A stretch of 64,000 nucleotides of DNA from Candidatus Spongiisociaceae bacterium (GCA_965202665.1 OZ241841.1:2272001-2336000), one strand, 5' to 3'. Positions 9,947-22,979 are shown, numbered from the stretch's first letter. The notes: generated by a model not told the origin, from the sequence alone. Numbers and translations: made by a program.

Positions 9947-10738
9947 ATGTTTTCATTCCCGGAGATGACGCCAGGCGAGTTCCTGGCAGTGTCGGCTACG
10001 CTTTACAACCTTTACCTGCAGTGCCCCGACCGGGCCCTGGCCCATACGGAGGGAGTATACGGCCCGCCCTCGCCCGCCTCCTTTAAAGGGTCGCTGGCCC
10101 ACCGGATGTTCGCCCGGCGCCTGACCGAAGGGCCGATCGGGGCCGGGGAGTTCCAGCAGGCGGCCCGGAGCGAAGTGGGATCCAATTCCTTCCTCAACCG
10201 GGATTTGGGCAAACTCACCCGCGAGGGGAAGATGCGGATGGAGGATTTGAACAACGTCATTTCGGAGGTGGAAGTTTTATACCAGCGGTTCGACAAATAC
10301 CCGACCGAAGGGTTTCAGGAGGCCGAGATATTTTTGGACTACCAGTTGCCCGGCGAGGTGGTTTTGCGGGGGCGGGTGGACGCCTGCTTCGACGACGGGG
10401 AGGGGGTGCGGCTGGTGGATTGGAAAACCGGAGGGCTGGGGGAGTGGCGCGCCCAGTTGCGCTTCTATTCGCTGGTGTGGGCCATGGAGCGGGGCGCCGT
10501 CCCCCATCGGGTGGAGGCGATTTCGCTGCACACCGGGGAGAGGGAAGGGGAGTCCCCCACCGTCGACATGTTGCAGGAGACGGCCGAGCGGGTGGGGGAA
10601 CTGGTCAACAATATACGGGCCGTCGTCCCCGGAGTTGAACGGCTTCCCCGCCGCCCGGGACCGTTGTGCGAGTACTGCCCGATCCTTGACTCCTGCGATG
10701 AAGGCCAAGGGGCCATGGCAACCCTGCAGTCGGTCTAG
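9947..10738 (+). CDS. PD-(D/E)xK nuclease, RecB/Cas4-like, with putative 4Fe-4S ligands
   Basis: QCP, GRVD, VDWKTG, QLRFY, CEYCPILDSC. Confidence 0.85.
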   Translation: MFSFPEMTPGEFLAVSATLYNLYLQCPDRALAHTEGVYGPPSPASFKGSLAHRMFARRLTEGPIGAGEFQQAARSEVGSNSFLNRDLGKLTREGKMRMEDLNNVISEVEVLYQRFDKYPTEGFQEAEIFLDYQLPGEVVLRGRVDACFDDGEGVRLVDWKTGGLGEWRAQLRFYSLVWAMERGAVPHRVEAISLHTGEREGESPTVDMLQETAERVGELVNNIRAVVPGVERLPRRPGPLCEYCPILDSCDEGQGAMATLQSV

Positions 10739-10841
10739 GAATCTTGGGAAGCCAACCAGCCAAGTATTTTTTCGCGTTCTTAGTATTTTGGGGAATTTCA
10801 AGGGGGTTGGTTTAGCCGGGGCGGGGGCCGGGCGGCTTTCG

Positions 10842-11798
10842 TTACCGAGGGGGGCGGATCACCCGCAGGTAATCGGGTTGGACGGCCAAGGAGAACTTGC
10901 GGGGCGTCCCCAGCAACTCGCCGTCGGCTTGGGCGGGCACCGGCGGGGCCGGGTTTTCGGCGGCCTCCGGTTCGGCCAGGGGGGCGATGGTCAGCGAGGT
11001 CACCCCTTCCCAAATGTCCACCCCCTCCATTCGATCCAGGTCCATGCCGGCCGCCGCCCGTGCCATCACCGACCCGATTTTGCGTCGGGGAAGGGAGCGG
11101 AACACGGCCGCGGTGGCGGTGTCCGGCAGGCGGTTTCCCAGACGCAACGGCATTCTCCCGAAGAACGTGTAGCGGTCCTGCAACTGCACCAGCGCCGCCA
11201 CCGCCTCCGCCGTTCTCTCCCCGGAGCGCACCCGGAGGCGGGGCGGTTGTCCGGCGTATCCGTTCCAGACCGCCCCCAGCGCCGCCCGGGCGTAGTGCAA
11301 CTGCCCGAATCGGTTTTTGCGGTAGGGCTCCCGTTCGGCCCGTTGCATGGCTTCGGCGTCGAACCCCATCCCGGCCGCGAAGGCGGCCACCCGGCTTTCC
11401 ACCAGGCCCGGGGCGTGATCCAAAGTGAGCGCCCCGGCTGACATCGGCCTGGGCCCGGGTTGGGAGCAGATCAACTCCACCGCTTTTTGCGGACGGGCGG
11501 GGATGCCCAGCAGCCGGGCGAACACGTTGCTGGTGCCGGCCGGAATTACCGCCAGCGCGGTGGGGGTGCCTCCCACCCCCTGGGCTGCGTGATGCACCAC
11601 CCCGTCGCCGCCCATGGCCGCCACCAAGTCGTACCCTTCGGCGGCTGCCGCCGCGGCAGCCGCCCGGGTGTCGGCGGCCGTTTCCGGCCACTCGTCCGCC
11701 ACTTCAAAATGACGGCTCAGCCCGCTCATCACCGCCCGATGCATGCCCCCGGTGAAACCGGAAGCGGAAGGGTTGGCGCACAACAGAAGTCTTTTCAC
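10842..11798 (-). CDS. Diacylglycerol/lipid kinase family protein (YegS/BmrU-like)
   Basis: ANPSAS, GGDG, IPAGTSN, GMGFDA, QADGE. Confidence 0.9.
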   Translation of the reverse strand: MKRLLLCANPSASGFTGGMHRAVMSGLSRHFEVADEWPETAADTRAAAAAAAAEGYDLVAAMGGDGVVHHAAQGVGGTPTALAVIPAGTSNVFARLLGIPARPQKAVELICSQPGPRPMSAGALTLDHAPGLVESRVAAFAAGMGFDAEAMQRAEREPYRKNRFGQLHYARAALGAVWNGYAGQPPRLRVRSGERTAEAVAALVQLQDRYTFFGRMPLRLGNRLPDTATAAVFRSLPRRKIGSVMARAAAGMDLDRMEGVDIWEGVTSLTIAPLAEPEAAENPAPPVPAQADGELLGTPRKFSLAVQPDYLRVIRPPR

Positions 11799-11872
11799 GC
11801 CGGTCAGGCTAGGGGTTCAGTAGAATTCGCCGGTGTTTTTAGCAAAGTTGGAAAGGTAGTTGCAAAATTCAA

Positions 11873-13270
11873 ATGCCCGCCCCGCCCGCCGTCGTTCTCA
11901 ACAACATCTCGGTTTTGGCGACCTTGGACGACCGGGGACGGGAGTTCAGTCCGGGTGCCGTCCGTTTCCGGGACGGGTGGATCGAGGCGGTGGGATCCCC
12001 GGAGGAGGCGGCGCCGGACGACGGGGAAACGCAAGTGATCGACCTGTCCGGTTACGCGGTTCTGCCCGGCCTGGTCAACACCCATCATCATCTTTACCAG
12101 ACGTTGACCCGGGCCCTGCCCGCGGTGCAAAACGCCCCCCTGTTCGACTGGTTGCGGGGGCTGTATCCCATCTGGGCCCGCCTGGACGCGGAGGCGGTTC
12201 ACACGGCCACCATGACCGGTTTGGCCGAGTTGGCCCGCAGCGGATGCACCACCGCATTCGACCATCAGTATCTGTTTCCCAACGATTCTTCCATCGACGA
12301 TCAGTTCCGGGCCGCGGAGCGGGTGGGCATCCGCTTCCACGCTTCCCGCGGCTCCATGAGCCTGGGGGAGTCGGACGGCGGCCTCCCCCCCGATTCGGTG
12401 GTGGAGACGGAGGAGGCGATTCTGGAGGACTGCCGGCGGGCGGCCTCCCTTTTCCACGACCCGCGACCGGGCGCGATGCGACGGGTGGTCATCGCCCCCT
12501 GCTCGCCTTTTTCGGTTACCCCCGATCTGATGCGGGAAGCGGCCGGGTTGGCCCGCAGCCTGGGCCTGCGTCTGCACACCCATTTGGCGGAAACCAAAGA
12601 CGAGGAGGAGTTCTGCCGGGAGCGGTTCGGCGCCCGCCCGGTGCAGTTCGCCGAAGATCTGGGATGGGCCGGCCCCGACGTGTGGTTCGCGCATGCGGTG
12701 CACGCCTCCCCGGACGAGGCGGAGCGCATGGGCCGGGCGGGCACCGGCGTGGCCCACTGCCCCACCTCCAATATGCGGTTGGCGTCGGGCATCGCCCCGG
12801 TGGCCGCCTACCGGGCGGCGGGGGTTCCGGTGGGGCTGGGGGTGGACGGGTCGGCCTCCAACGATTCAAGCCATATGCTGGCCGAAGCCCGGGCCGCCCT
12901 GATGCTGGGGCGGTTGGCGACGGCGCCGGGGGTGGGGCCGGGGCAACCTGGGCGGATGATGACGGCCCGCGAGGCGCTGTGGATGGCCACCCGCGGGGGA
13001 GCGCGGGCGCTGGGGCGGGAGGACATCGGTTCGCTGGAGGCGGGCAAGGCGGCGGACATTATCGCCGTCTCCCTGGACCGTATTGAATACGCCGGGGCCC
13101 TGCACGATCCGGTGGCGGCGTTGCTGATGTGCTCGCCGGCGAACGTGGATTATTCCTGGGTGCACGGACGCCCGGTGGTGTCAGAGGGCCGCCTGACCGG
13201 TTTGGACGAGGAAGATCTGGTCGCGCAACACAACCGGGTCGCCCGTCGCCTAGTGGGGGACGGGGACTGA
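11873..13270 (+). CDS. 8-oxoguanine deaminase (amidohydrolase)
   Basis: PGLVNTHHHLYQTLTR, RGSMSLG, IAPCSPFSV, HTHLAET, GVDGSASND. Confidence 0.9.
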   Translation: MPAPPAVVLNNISVLATLDDRGREFSPGAVRFRDGWIEAVGSPEEAAPDDGETQVIDLSGYAVLPGLVNTHHHLYQTLTRALPAVQNAPLFDWLRGLYPIWARLDAEAVHTATMTGLAELARSGCTTAFDHQYLFPNDSSIDDQFRAAERVGIRFHASRGSMSLGESDGGLPPDSVVETEEAILEDCRRAASLFHDPRPGAMRRVVIAPCSPFSVTPDLMREAAGLARSLGLRLHTHLAETKDEEEFCRERFGARPVQFAEDLGWAGPDVWFAHAVHASPDEAERMGRAGTGVAHCPTSNMRLASGIAPVAAYRAAGVPVGLGVDGSASNDSSHMLAEARAALMLGRLATAPGVGPGQPGRMMTAREALWMATRGGARALGREDIGSLEAGKAADIIAVSLDRIEYAGALHDPVAALLMCSPANVDYSWVHGRPVVSEGRLTGLDEEDLVAQHNRVARRLVGDGD

Positions 13271-13409
13271 TGAGGGGGTTGCGGGGGCGGACTTTTACGG
13301 GCGGTTCGCGGGCGGGAGGGGGCGGGGCGTAGTAACATGGGGCGATGGTTTTGCTTATCAGCGGGCGGTTGTCCGCCGCGCCGTCGGTTCCCGGGGGGGC
13401 GGGTTTGCG

Positions 13410-14255
13410 ATGTTGGAGGTGATCCGCCCGGACAGCGTGCGGGAGGCGGTGGAGGCTTTGGCCGCCCACCCGGACGCGGCTCTGTTGGCGGGGGGGACGG
13501 ATCTGATGGTGGAAGTCAACTTTGGCCGCCTGCGGCCCGCCAAAGTGATTACCTTGCGGCGGCTGGGGGAGTTGCGTGAAAACTCGCCCCGCCGCATCGG
13601 GGCCGGAGTGACCTTCCGCTCCTTGGAGACCGGCCATCACAACGCCTTGGCCCAAATTGCCCGCACCATCGGCTCCCCCCAGATCCGGGAAGCCGCCACT
13701 TTGGGGGGAAACATCGGGACCGCCAGCCCGGCCGGGGACGCCCTTCCTTTCCTGGCCGGTTTGGACGCCCGCATCGAACTGCGCTCCGCCTCCGGCGCCC
13801 GCCTGCTCCCCTGGGACGAGTTTTTCACCGGCGTCAAACAGACCCGCCGCCGCCCGGATGAGCTGATTACGGCCGCCGAGTTGCCCGCCGACCTCCCCGA
13901 CCGTTCCGAATTCGCCAAAATCGGCCAGCGCAGCGCCATGGTCATATCCATCGTCTCCGCCTGCGTGTTTCGCTGGTCGGACGGACGCACCCGGGTAGCC
14001 CTCGGTTCGGTCGGCCCCACCCCGGTGCGGGCTCGCCGGGCGGAGGAGATGATCTCCGCCGAAGGCCCCGCTCCGGGAGCGGAGGCGTTGCGGGAATTCT
14101 CCAGATTGGCGGCTGAAGAGGCGGCCCCCATCACCGACCACCGGGGAACCGCTGAATACCGCCGCCGGGCGGCGGGCGTTCTGGCCCGGCGCCTGCTGGA
14201 AAGGTGCCTGGCCGGCGTCCCCGGTCCCGCCGCCGACGGAGGGGGGGCGGGCTGA
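13410..14255 (+). CDS. Xanthine dehydrogenase family FAD-binding subunit
   Basis: AGGTDL, IGSPQIR, TLGGNIGTASPAGD. Confidence 0.92.
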   Translation: MLEVIRPDSVREAVEALAAHPDAALLAGGTDLMVEVNFGRLRPAKVITLRRLGELRENSPRRIGAGVTFRSLETGHHNALAQIARTIGSPQIREAATLGGNIGTASPAGDALPFLAGLDARIELRSASGARLLPWDEFFTGVKQTRRRPDELITAAELPADLPDRSEFAKIGQRSAMVISIVSACVFRWSDGRTRVALGSVGPTPVRARRAEEMISAEGPAPGAEALREFSRLAAEEAAPITDHRGTAEYRRRAAGVLARRLLERCLAGVPGPAADGGGAG

Positions 14256-14712
14256 TGATGGTCACCGCCCAGATCAACGGCCGCTCCCGCACCTGGGAGG
14301 TGAAAGGCTCCGAAAGCCTGCTGTTCTCGTTGCGGGAGGAACTGGGGCTGTGGGGCTCCAAAGGGGCCTGCGAGCAGGGGGAATGCGGTTCCTGTTCCAT
14401 AATGCTGGACGGGAAGCTGGTGTGCGCCTGCCTGGTGATGGCGGTCGACGCCCACCAATCGGAGGTGGTGACCATCGAAGGGTTGCGCGAGTCCGGTTCG
14501 CTCCATCCCGTCCAGAAGGCGATCGTGGAGGCGGGGGGCGTGCAATGCGGGTTCTGCACCCCCGGGTTCGTGGTGGCGGCCGCCGCCCTCTTCGAGGAAA
14601 ACCCGGCCCCCCTCCGGGACGACATCCGGGAGGCCCTGTCCGGCAACATCTGCCGATGCACCGGCTACGGGGCCATCCTGCGCGGCCTGGAAGAGCTGGC
14701 GGAGGAAAACCG

Positions 14713-14716
<4 letters not shown>
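14255..14716 (+). CDS. Xanthine dehydrogenase family 2Fe-2S subunit
   Basis: CEQGECGSC, QCGFCTPG, GNICRCTGY; start overlaps the upstream stop. Confidence 0.93.
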
Positions 14717-16965
<2,249 letters not shown>

Positions 16966-17015
16966 GGGCGGGAGACTCGCAATACTCCGGGGCGGGGCGG
17001 GAGGCGCTCCTGCGT

Positions 17016-18227
17016 TTACCCGGCCAGGAAGTCGCCTAGGCGGGTCAGTCCCTCTTCCAAGTCCCGGTCGCCGAGGGCGTAGGAAAACCGGCTGTAGCCG
17101 GGGGCCCCGAAGGCCTCGCCGGGCACGAAAGCCACCTCCGCCTGCTCCAGGCAGACGGCCGCCAACTCCAGGGCGGTGGCCGCCCGGAAGCGCCCGCCGG
17201 GGCCGAGCGGCCGGTTCAACGCCCCCTCCATGGACGGAAAACAGTAAAAGGCCCCCTCCGGCTCCCGGCAGGACACCCCCTCCATCGCCTGCAACAGGCC
17301 GTGCATGGCCCGCCGCCGCCGGTCGAAAGCCTCCCGCATGGCCTCCACTTCGTCCAACGGGCCGGACACCGCCGCCAAAGCCGCCGCCTGCGCCACGTTG
17401 CATACATTGGAGGTGAGATGCCCCTGCAGGCGGACGGCCCCGGCCATCACCTGCGGCGGGCCGATCATCCACCCCACCCGCCATCCGGTCATGGCGAAGG
17501 TTTTAGCCACCCCGCTCACCACCACGCACCGTTCCGCCGCCTCCGGGGCCTGCGCCGGAAGGGACGAAAACCCGGCCCCCCCGTACACCAGGTGCTCGTA
17601 AATCTCATCGGTCAAAACCCATATCCCGTTGGCGGCCGCCCACCGTCCGATCTCGGCCACCTCATCCGGGGCGTAGACGGCCCCGGTGGGGTTGGAGGGG
17701 GAAACGAAGATCATCGCCTTGGTACGGGCGGTGCGGGCCGCCTCCAGTTGGTCGACGGTCACTTTGAAACCGCCCGCGGAGTCGGTGGGGATGGGGACCG
17801 CCTTCCCCCCCGCCAAACTGATCGCCTCCGGGTAGGTGACCCAGTAGGGGGCCGGCAACAGCACCTCGTCGCCCTCCTCCACCAGGCACTGCACCCCGGT
17901 GTAGACCGCCTGCTTGCCCCCGTTGGTGATCAGCACTTGAGACGGCTCCGCCGCCAGTCCGGTATGGCGCCGGGTCTTCTCCGCCACCGCCTCCCGCAAC
18001 TCCGGCAATCCGGCGGCCGGAGTGTATTTGTGCATGGCCGGGTTGCGGGCCGCCTCCACCGCCGCTTCCACGATGGCGGACGGAGTGGGAAAATCCGGCT
18101 CCCCCGCCCCGAACCCGATCACCGGCCGCCCTTGGGCCCGCATCTCCCGGGCTTGGGCGGTGATGGCCATGGTGGCCGACTCGGCGATGTTGGATATCCG
18201 TTGCGAAACGCCCCGCGCGTTGGTCAT
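17016..18227 (-). CDS. PLP-dependent aminotransferase class I/II (aspartate aminotransferase)
   Basis: [27 protein letters not shown]. Confidence 0.95.
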   Translation of the reverse strand: MTNARGVSQRISNIAESATMAITAQAREMRAQGRPVIGFGAGEPDFPTPSAIVEAAVEAARNPAMHKYTPAAGLPELREAVAEKTRRHTGLAAEPSQVLITNGGKQAVYTGVQCLVEEGDEVLLPAPYWVTYPEAISLAGGKAVPIPTDSAGGFKVTVDQLEAARTARTKAMIFVSPSNPTGAVYAPDEVAEIGRWAAANGIWVLTDEIYEHLVYGGAGFSSLPAQAPEAAERCVVVSGVAKTFAMTGWRVGWMIGPPQVMAGAVRLQGHLTSNVCNVAQAAALAAVSGPLDEVEAMREAFDRRRRAMHGLLQAMEGVSCREPEGAFYCFPSMEGALNRPLGPGGRFRAATALELAAVCLEQAEVAFVPGEAFGAPGYSRFSYALGDRDLEEGLTRLGDFLAG

Positions 18228-18349
18228 TGGCTAGCCTCCCGGCCTCTTTCCGCCTACTCTTGACGAATGAAAGCATACCCGTCCCGCCCGCCCCCGCAGG
18301 TCCCCGGGGCCGGAGCGTTGAAACAGCGAACATTCAAGAGGCCGCGCAT

Positions 18350-19471
18350 ATGACGCAAACCCCCGTTATCATCCCCGCCGACCTGTTGCCCGCCGACGGG
18401 CGGTTCGGCTCCGGTCCCTCCCGGGTGCGGCAAAGCTCCCTGGACGGGCTGGCCGCCGCCGGGCCCAACTACATGGGTTGCTCCCACCGCCGGGAGGGGG
18501 TGCGTTCGGTGGTGGCCCGGATACGGGAGGGGATGGCGGAAATGTTCGGCCTCCCCGCCGGTTGCGAGACGGTGCTGGGCAACGGCGGGGCCACCGCCTT
18601 CTGGGACGCGGCCGCCTTCGGCCTGATCGAACGATCCAGCCAGCATCTGGCCTTCGGGGAGTTTTCCGCCAAGTTCGCCCGGGCGGTGGCCGGGGCGCCC
18701 CATCTGGAGGAGCCGACGGTCATCTCCTCCGAGTTCGGGACGCATCCGGTTCCCGAACCCGACGACCGATTCGACCTGTACGCCCTCACCCACAACGAAA
18801 CCTCCACCGGGGTGCGCATGCCGGTCCGGCGCGTCCCGGGACGGGGGCTGACCGCGGTGGACGCCACTTCCGCGGCGGGCGGCCTGCCGTTGGACCCGGA
18901 CGGTTTCGACGTCTATTACTTCTCCCCGCAAAAGGCTTTCGCCGGGGACGGCGGGCTGTACGTCGCCCTGTGCTCGCCGGCCGCCGCGGAACGGGTGGAG
19001 TCGGTGGCCGCCTCCGGCCGCTGGATACCGCCTTTCCTGTCCCTGCGCGCCGCTTTGGAGAATTCCCGCAAAAACCAGACCTACAACACCCCCGCCCTGG
19101 CCACCCTTTTCCTGTTGATGGATTCGGTGGAATGGATCAACCGCCGCGGCGGGCTGGCCTGGTCGGCGGGCCGTTGCGCCGAGAACGCCGCCGCCCTCTA
19201 CGGATGGGCGGAACGCCATCCGCTGGTTTATCCTTTCGTGTCCGACCCGGCCATGCGCTCCCCGGTCACCGCCGTCGTCGATTTCCAACCGGAGGTTTCC
19301 GCCTCCGCTTTGGCGGCCGCCTTGCGGGACAACGGGGTGGTGGATGTGGAACCCTACCGTCTGCTGGGCCGCAACCAGTTACGCATCGGATTGTGGCCCG
19401 CCGTTCCCCTCTCCGACGTCCAGGCCCTCCTGGCCTGCCTCGAATACCTGATGGAACGGCTCGCCGCCTAG
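18350..19471 (+). CDS. serC: Phosphoserine aminotransferase, actinobacterial type
   Basis: PADGRFGSGPS, HNETSTG, DATS, FSPQK, QTYNTP, LGRNQLR. Confidence 0.95.
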   Translation: MTQTPVIIPADLLPADGRFGSGPSRVRQSSLDGLAAAGPNYMGCSHRREGVRSVVARIREGMAEMFGLPAGCETVLGNGGATAFWDAAAFGLIERSSQHLAFGEFSAKFARAVAGAPHLEEPTVISSEFGTHPVPEPDDRFDLYALTHNETSTGVRMPVRRVPGRGLTAVDATSAAGGLPLDPDGFDVYYFSPQKAFAGDGGLYVALCSPAAAERVESVAASGRWIPPFLSLRAALENSRKNQTYNTPALATLFLLMDSVEWINRRGGLAWSAGRCAENAAALYGWAERHPLVYPFVSDPAMRSPVTAVVDFQPEVSASALAAALRDNGVVDVEPYRLLGRNQLRIGLWPAVPLSDVQALLACLEYLMERLAA

Positions 19472-19497
19472 CGGCCCGGCCGGTTCGCCCAACGGTT

Positions 19498-20085
19498 ATG
19501 CCCGATACGCCCCATCCGCCGGACAAGGTGGACAAGCGGGACACGCGGGATGCGCCGGGCGGCGACTCCCCCTTCCTGGTCCTGGCCTCCGACCTGCTGA
19601 ACGCGCCGGGCGCCCGCCGCCGAATAAAGATAGAGGGGGAGTTGGAGGGGATTCTGGATATAGACCTCCCGCAGGTGGAGTCGTGCGGCCCGGTGACCGC
19701 GGATTTGGAACTGGAGGCGGCCTCCGGCGGGGTGGTGGCCCGGGGGCGGGCCCGCTCTCTGGTCACGGTGCTGTGCAACCGGTGCCTGGGGGCGGTGAAC
19801 CGGCCGGTGGAAGCGGAGATTACCCAGCTGTTCGCGGTTGCCCGCGCCGAACCCGGTCAACCGGTAGGATACGATTCGGTAAAATCAGACGGCTGGATCG
19901 ACTTCGGGCCGTTGTTGCGCGACGAGATCTCCTTGTCCGTTCCGCTGGTTTCCCTCTGCCGGGAGGAATGCCGGGGAATGTGCGCAACGTGCGGAGCCGA
20001 TTTGAACGCCGGCGAATGCGGCGGGCACGACGACAAGCCCGCCTCCCCGTTCGCCGAACTGCAAAACTTGTTAGACCGGATGTAA
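19498..20085 (+). CDS. yceD: YceD/DUF177 family protein
   Basis: CNRCL, LCREECRGMCATCG, FAEL; immediately upstream of rpmF. Confidence 0.9.
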   Translation: MPDTPHPPDKVDKRDTRDAPGGDSPFLVLASDLLNAPGARRRIKIEGELEGILDIDLPQVESCGPVTADLELEAASGGVVARGRARSLVTVLCNRCLGAVNRPVEAEITQLFAVARAEPGQPVGYDSVKSDGWIDFGPLLRDEISLSVPLVSLCREECRGMCATCGADLNAGECGGHDDKPASPFAELQNLLDRM

Positions 20086-20117
20086 ACCGGTGCCGGCCAC
20101 AACGGAAGGGATGCGCC

Positions 20118-20309
20118 ATGGCGGTGCCCAAAAAGAAAATGTCGCGGTCCCGCACGCGGAGCCGCAAAGCCCGCAACATGCGGGTCCCCCAGTCGTCGAC
20201 GGTGGACTGTCCCCGGTGCGGCTCCCCCAAGCTGCCCCACCGGGCATGTTCCGGTGCCGACGGTTGCGGAACTTACCGGGATAGGACGGTCGTCCCGGAC
20301 GCCGGGTAA
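20118..20309 (+). CDS. rpmF: 50S ribosomal protein L32
   Basis: MAVPKKKMSRSR..., CPRCG..KLPHRAC. Confidence 0.97.
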   Translation: MAVPKKKMSRSRTRSRKARNMRVPQSSTVDCPRCGSPKLPHRACSGADGCGTYRDRTVVPDAG

Positions 20310-20327
20310 CCGCGCCGGGCGGGTTCA

Positions 20328-21302
20328 GTGGCGCGGGTTGCGCTCGATGTGATGGGCACCGACCGGGGCCCGGCCGAAATGGTGGCCGGGGCCCGGTTGG
20401 CCGCCGAGGCGGGCCGGGAAGTGGCCCTGGTGGGGGACCGGGAAGTGGTCGCCCCCCTGTTGAAGGACGGCGGGGCCGGCCTGGAGCTGGTGCACGCCGG
20501 CGAAGTGGTCGACATGCACGACGACCCGGCCAAAGCCCTGCGCATGAAACCCGACGCCTCGGTGATGACCGCCGCCCGCCTGGTGGCCTCCGGCCGGGCC
20601 GACGCCCTGGTCTCCGCCGGGTCCACCGGGGCCGCCCTGGCGGCCGCGGTGGTGGCCCTGGGCCGCATCGAGGGGGTGCTCCGTCCGGCGATCGCCACCG
20701 CCATCCCCGCCCCCAACCACCCGGCCCTGTTGCTGGATTCGGGGGCCAACCCGGAGGTGCGGCCCGAACATTTAGCGCAGTTCGGAGTGATGGGTTCGCT
20801 GGCTTCGGAAATAATCTACGGGGTGTCCAACCCCCGGGTGGGCCTGCTCAACATCGGCGAAGAACCGTCCAAAGGGCGGGGCTTGGAACGGACCGCCCAC
20901 GCCCTTCTGTCCAAATCCCCGGTCAACTTCGTGGGCAACGTGGAAGGGGGCGACTTGGCGGCCGACGCGGTGGACGTGATCGTCACCGACGGGTTCACCG
21001 GCAACATTTCCCTCAAGTTCATCGAAGGCACCGCCCGCTTCACCGCCGGGGTGATCTCCCGGGCCTTGACCCGGGTTCCGGAGGAGGCGGCCCCCCATCT
21101 GGAGGCGCCCCTGGCCGAGTTGCGGATGGCGGCCGAACCGGATGAGTACGGAGGGGCCCATCTGCTGGGAGTGCGGGGCGGGGTGGTGATCGGGCACGGC
21201 TCCTCCACCAGCTTGGCGATTTCCAACGCCATCCGCATGGCGGTGGAAGGCGTGAAAGGGGGGTTGGTGGAACGACTGCAACAGGGCTTGTCCGTTCTAT
21301 GA
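20328..21302 (+). CDS. plsX: Phosphate acyltransferase PlsX
   Basis: ALDVMG, SAGSTGA, LDSGAN, NIGEEPSKG, TDGFTGN, IGHGSS. Confidence 0.96.
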   Translation: MARVALDVMGTDRGPAEMVAGARLAAEAGREVALVGDREVVAPLLKDGGAGLELVHAGEVVDMHDDPAKALRMKPDASVMTAARLVASGRADALVSAGSTGAALAAAVVALGRIEGVLRPAIATAIPAPNHPALLLDSGANPEVRPEHLAQFGVMGSLASEIIYGVSNPRVGLLNIGEEPSKGRGLERTAHALLSKSPVNFVGNVEGGDLAADAVDVIVTDGFTGNISLKFIEGTARFTAGVISRALTRVPEEAAPHLEAPLAELRMAAEPDEYGGAHLLGVRGGVVIGHGSSTSLAISNAIRMAVEGVKGGLVERLQQGLSVL

Positions 21303-22039
21303 CCGCGGCGGAGGAATACGTCCGGGACGGCCTCCGGCATGATTTCCCGAATACGGACGGCCTGGAAACGGCCCTCGGTTACCGGTTCGCCGACCGGAGG
21401 CTGTTGCGGCAGTCGCTGCAGCATCGTTCCTATGTGGGGGAAAACGACGACCGGGAGTCAAACGAGCGGATGGAGTTTCTGGGGGACGCCATTCTGCAAC
21501 TGGTGGTAACCGATTACATATACGACCGCTACCCCTATCTGTCGGAGGGGGGCATGGCCCGCATCCGGGCCCGGGCGGTCAGCGGGGCCGCCTTGTACGA
21601 GGTGGCCCGGGAAATGAGTTTGGGGAGGTACATGTTGCTGGGCCGGGGGGAGGATCTGCAGGGGGGGCGGGACAAGGTTTCCATCCTGGCCGACGCCATG
21701 GAGGCCCTGCTGGCCGCCGTTTACCTGGACGGGGGCTTGGAGAAGGCCCGCCGGGTAATCATGTCCCGATGGGTGTCCCGCATTTCCCGGCTGGCGGAAA
21801 CCCCCGAATACCGGGACCCGAAAAGCAACCTCTACGAAAAAATGGCCGTATGGGGCAACAAGCCCGAATATCATCTTTCCTCCGTCGGGCCCGACCATGA
21901 GAAAGTGTTCCGGGCGGCGGTGACGGTGGAAGGCGAGATCATGGGCCGGGGGGAGGGCGGCACCAAAAAAGAGGCCCAGCAACGGGCCGCCCGCCAGGCC
22001 CTGCTGGCGATGGAAGCCTGGGCGGACGCACCGGACTGA
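21299..22039 (+). CDS. rnc: Ribonuclease III
   Basis: NERMEFLGDA, ADAMEA, dsRBD GPDH..F. Confidence 0.97.
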   Translation: MTAAEEYVRDGLRHDFPNTDGLETALGYRFADRRLLRQSLQHRSYVGENDDRESNERMEFLGDAILQLVVTDYIYDRYPYLSEGGMARIRARAVSGAALYEVAREMSLGRYMLLGRGEDLQGGRDKVSILADAMEALLAAVYLDGGLEKARRVIMSRWVSRISRLAETPEYRDPKSNLYEKMAVWGNKPEYHLSSVGPDHEKVFRAAVTVEGEIMGRGEGGTKKEAQQRAARQALLAMEAWADAPD

Positions 22040-22045
22040 ACCCGG

Positions 22046-22876
22046 GTGCCGGAACTACCCGAGGTTGAAACCACCCGCCGCGGACTGGAGCCGGCCCTGC
22101 TCGGCCGGCGCCTGGCGGAAATCCGGACGGGCCATCCCCGGTTGCTCCGCCGCCAGCCCCACCCGCCCGACTTCGCGGCCCGGCTGCGAAACCGGAAGGT
22201 GCTCCGGCTGGGCCGGAAGGGCAAATTCCTGATGTTCGAAACGGACCTCGGCCTGACGTGGGTCATCCACCTGGGAATGTCGGGCCGCATGTCGGTGCGC
22301 CCGGCCGGAGCACCGGAGGAGAAGCACACCCGCCTGGCGGTGCGCACCGACCGGGGGGAGGAGATACGAATGGTGGATCCCCGCACCTTCGGATGGAGCG
22401 CCGCTTACGCCCCCGAAGAGTTGGCCGCCTCCAGCCTGGCCCGGCTGGGACCCGACGCCTTGGACGAGTTGCCCCCGGCCCGTTCCCTGGCGGAGACCGC
22501 CGCCTCCCGCAGCATCGCCGTCAAAACTTTGCTGATGGATCAGCGCTTTTTGGCCGGGCTGGGCAACATCTACGCCGACGAGTCGCTGCACCGGGCCCGC
22601 ATCGCCCCGGCCCGCCCCGCCCGCCGGGTTTCCCCCGCCGAATGGGGCGCCCTGCGCCGGGGGGTGGGGGCCGCCTTGCGGGACGGCCTGAAATACGGGG
22701 GAACTTCCCTGTCCGACCTGGCCTACCTGCTGCCCGACGGCCGGGCCGGGGAAAACCTGAAACGCCTCCGGGCCTACGGCCGGACCGGCCTGCCCTGCCC
22801 CCGGTGCGGGGAACCGATAACCCGCCTGCGGTTGGCGGCCCGCTCCGCCCATTACTGCCGGGCCTGCCAGAAGTGA
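22046..22876 (+). CDS. mutM: Formamidopyrimidine-DNA glycosylase
   Basis: MPELPEVE, HLGMSG, GLGNIYADE, C-terminal zinc finger. Confidence 0.97.
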   Translation: MPELPEVETTRRGLEPALLGRRLAEIRTGHPRLLRRQPHPPDFAARLRNRKVLRLGRKGKFLMFETDLGLTWVIHLGMSGRMSVRPAGAPEEKHTRLAVRTDRGEEIRMVDPRTFGWSAAYAPEELAASSLARLGPDALDELPPARSLAETAASRSIAVKTLLMDQRFLAGLGNIYADESLHRARIAPARPARRVSPAEWGALRRGVGAALRDGLKYGGTSLSDLAYLLPDGRAGENLKRLRAYGRTGLPCPRCGEPITRLRLAARSAHYCRACQK

Positions 22877-22979
22877 CCGGCCCGCCGCCGGAGCCGGGTT
22901 GTCGCGTCGAGGCCGGGGAGCGCGCTAACCTGGAAACCTAATCACATAGGTGTAAGAACCCCGAGCGCAGGCGGTCAAG

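Noticed and set aside
13335-13409. Possible riboswitch upstream of the xanthine dehydrogenase genes (GGCGATGG...)
   Set aside because: No convincing match to fluoride, Moco or purine aptamer consensus beyond a few bases.
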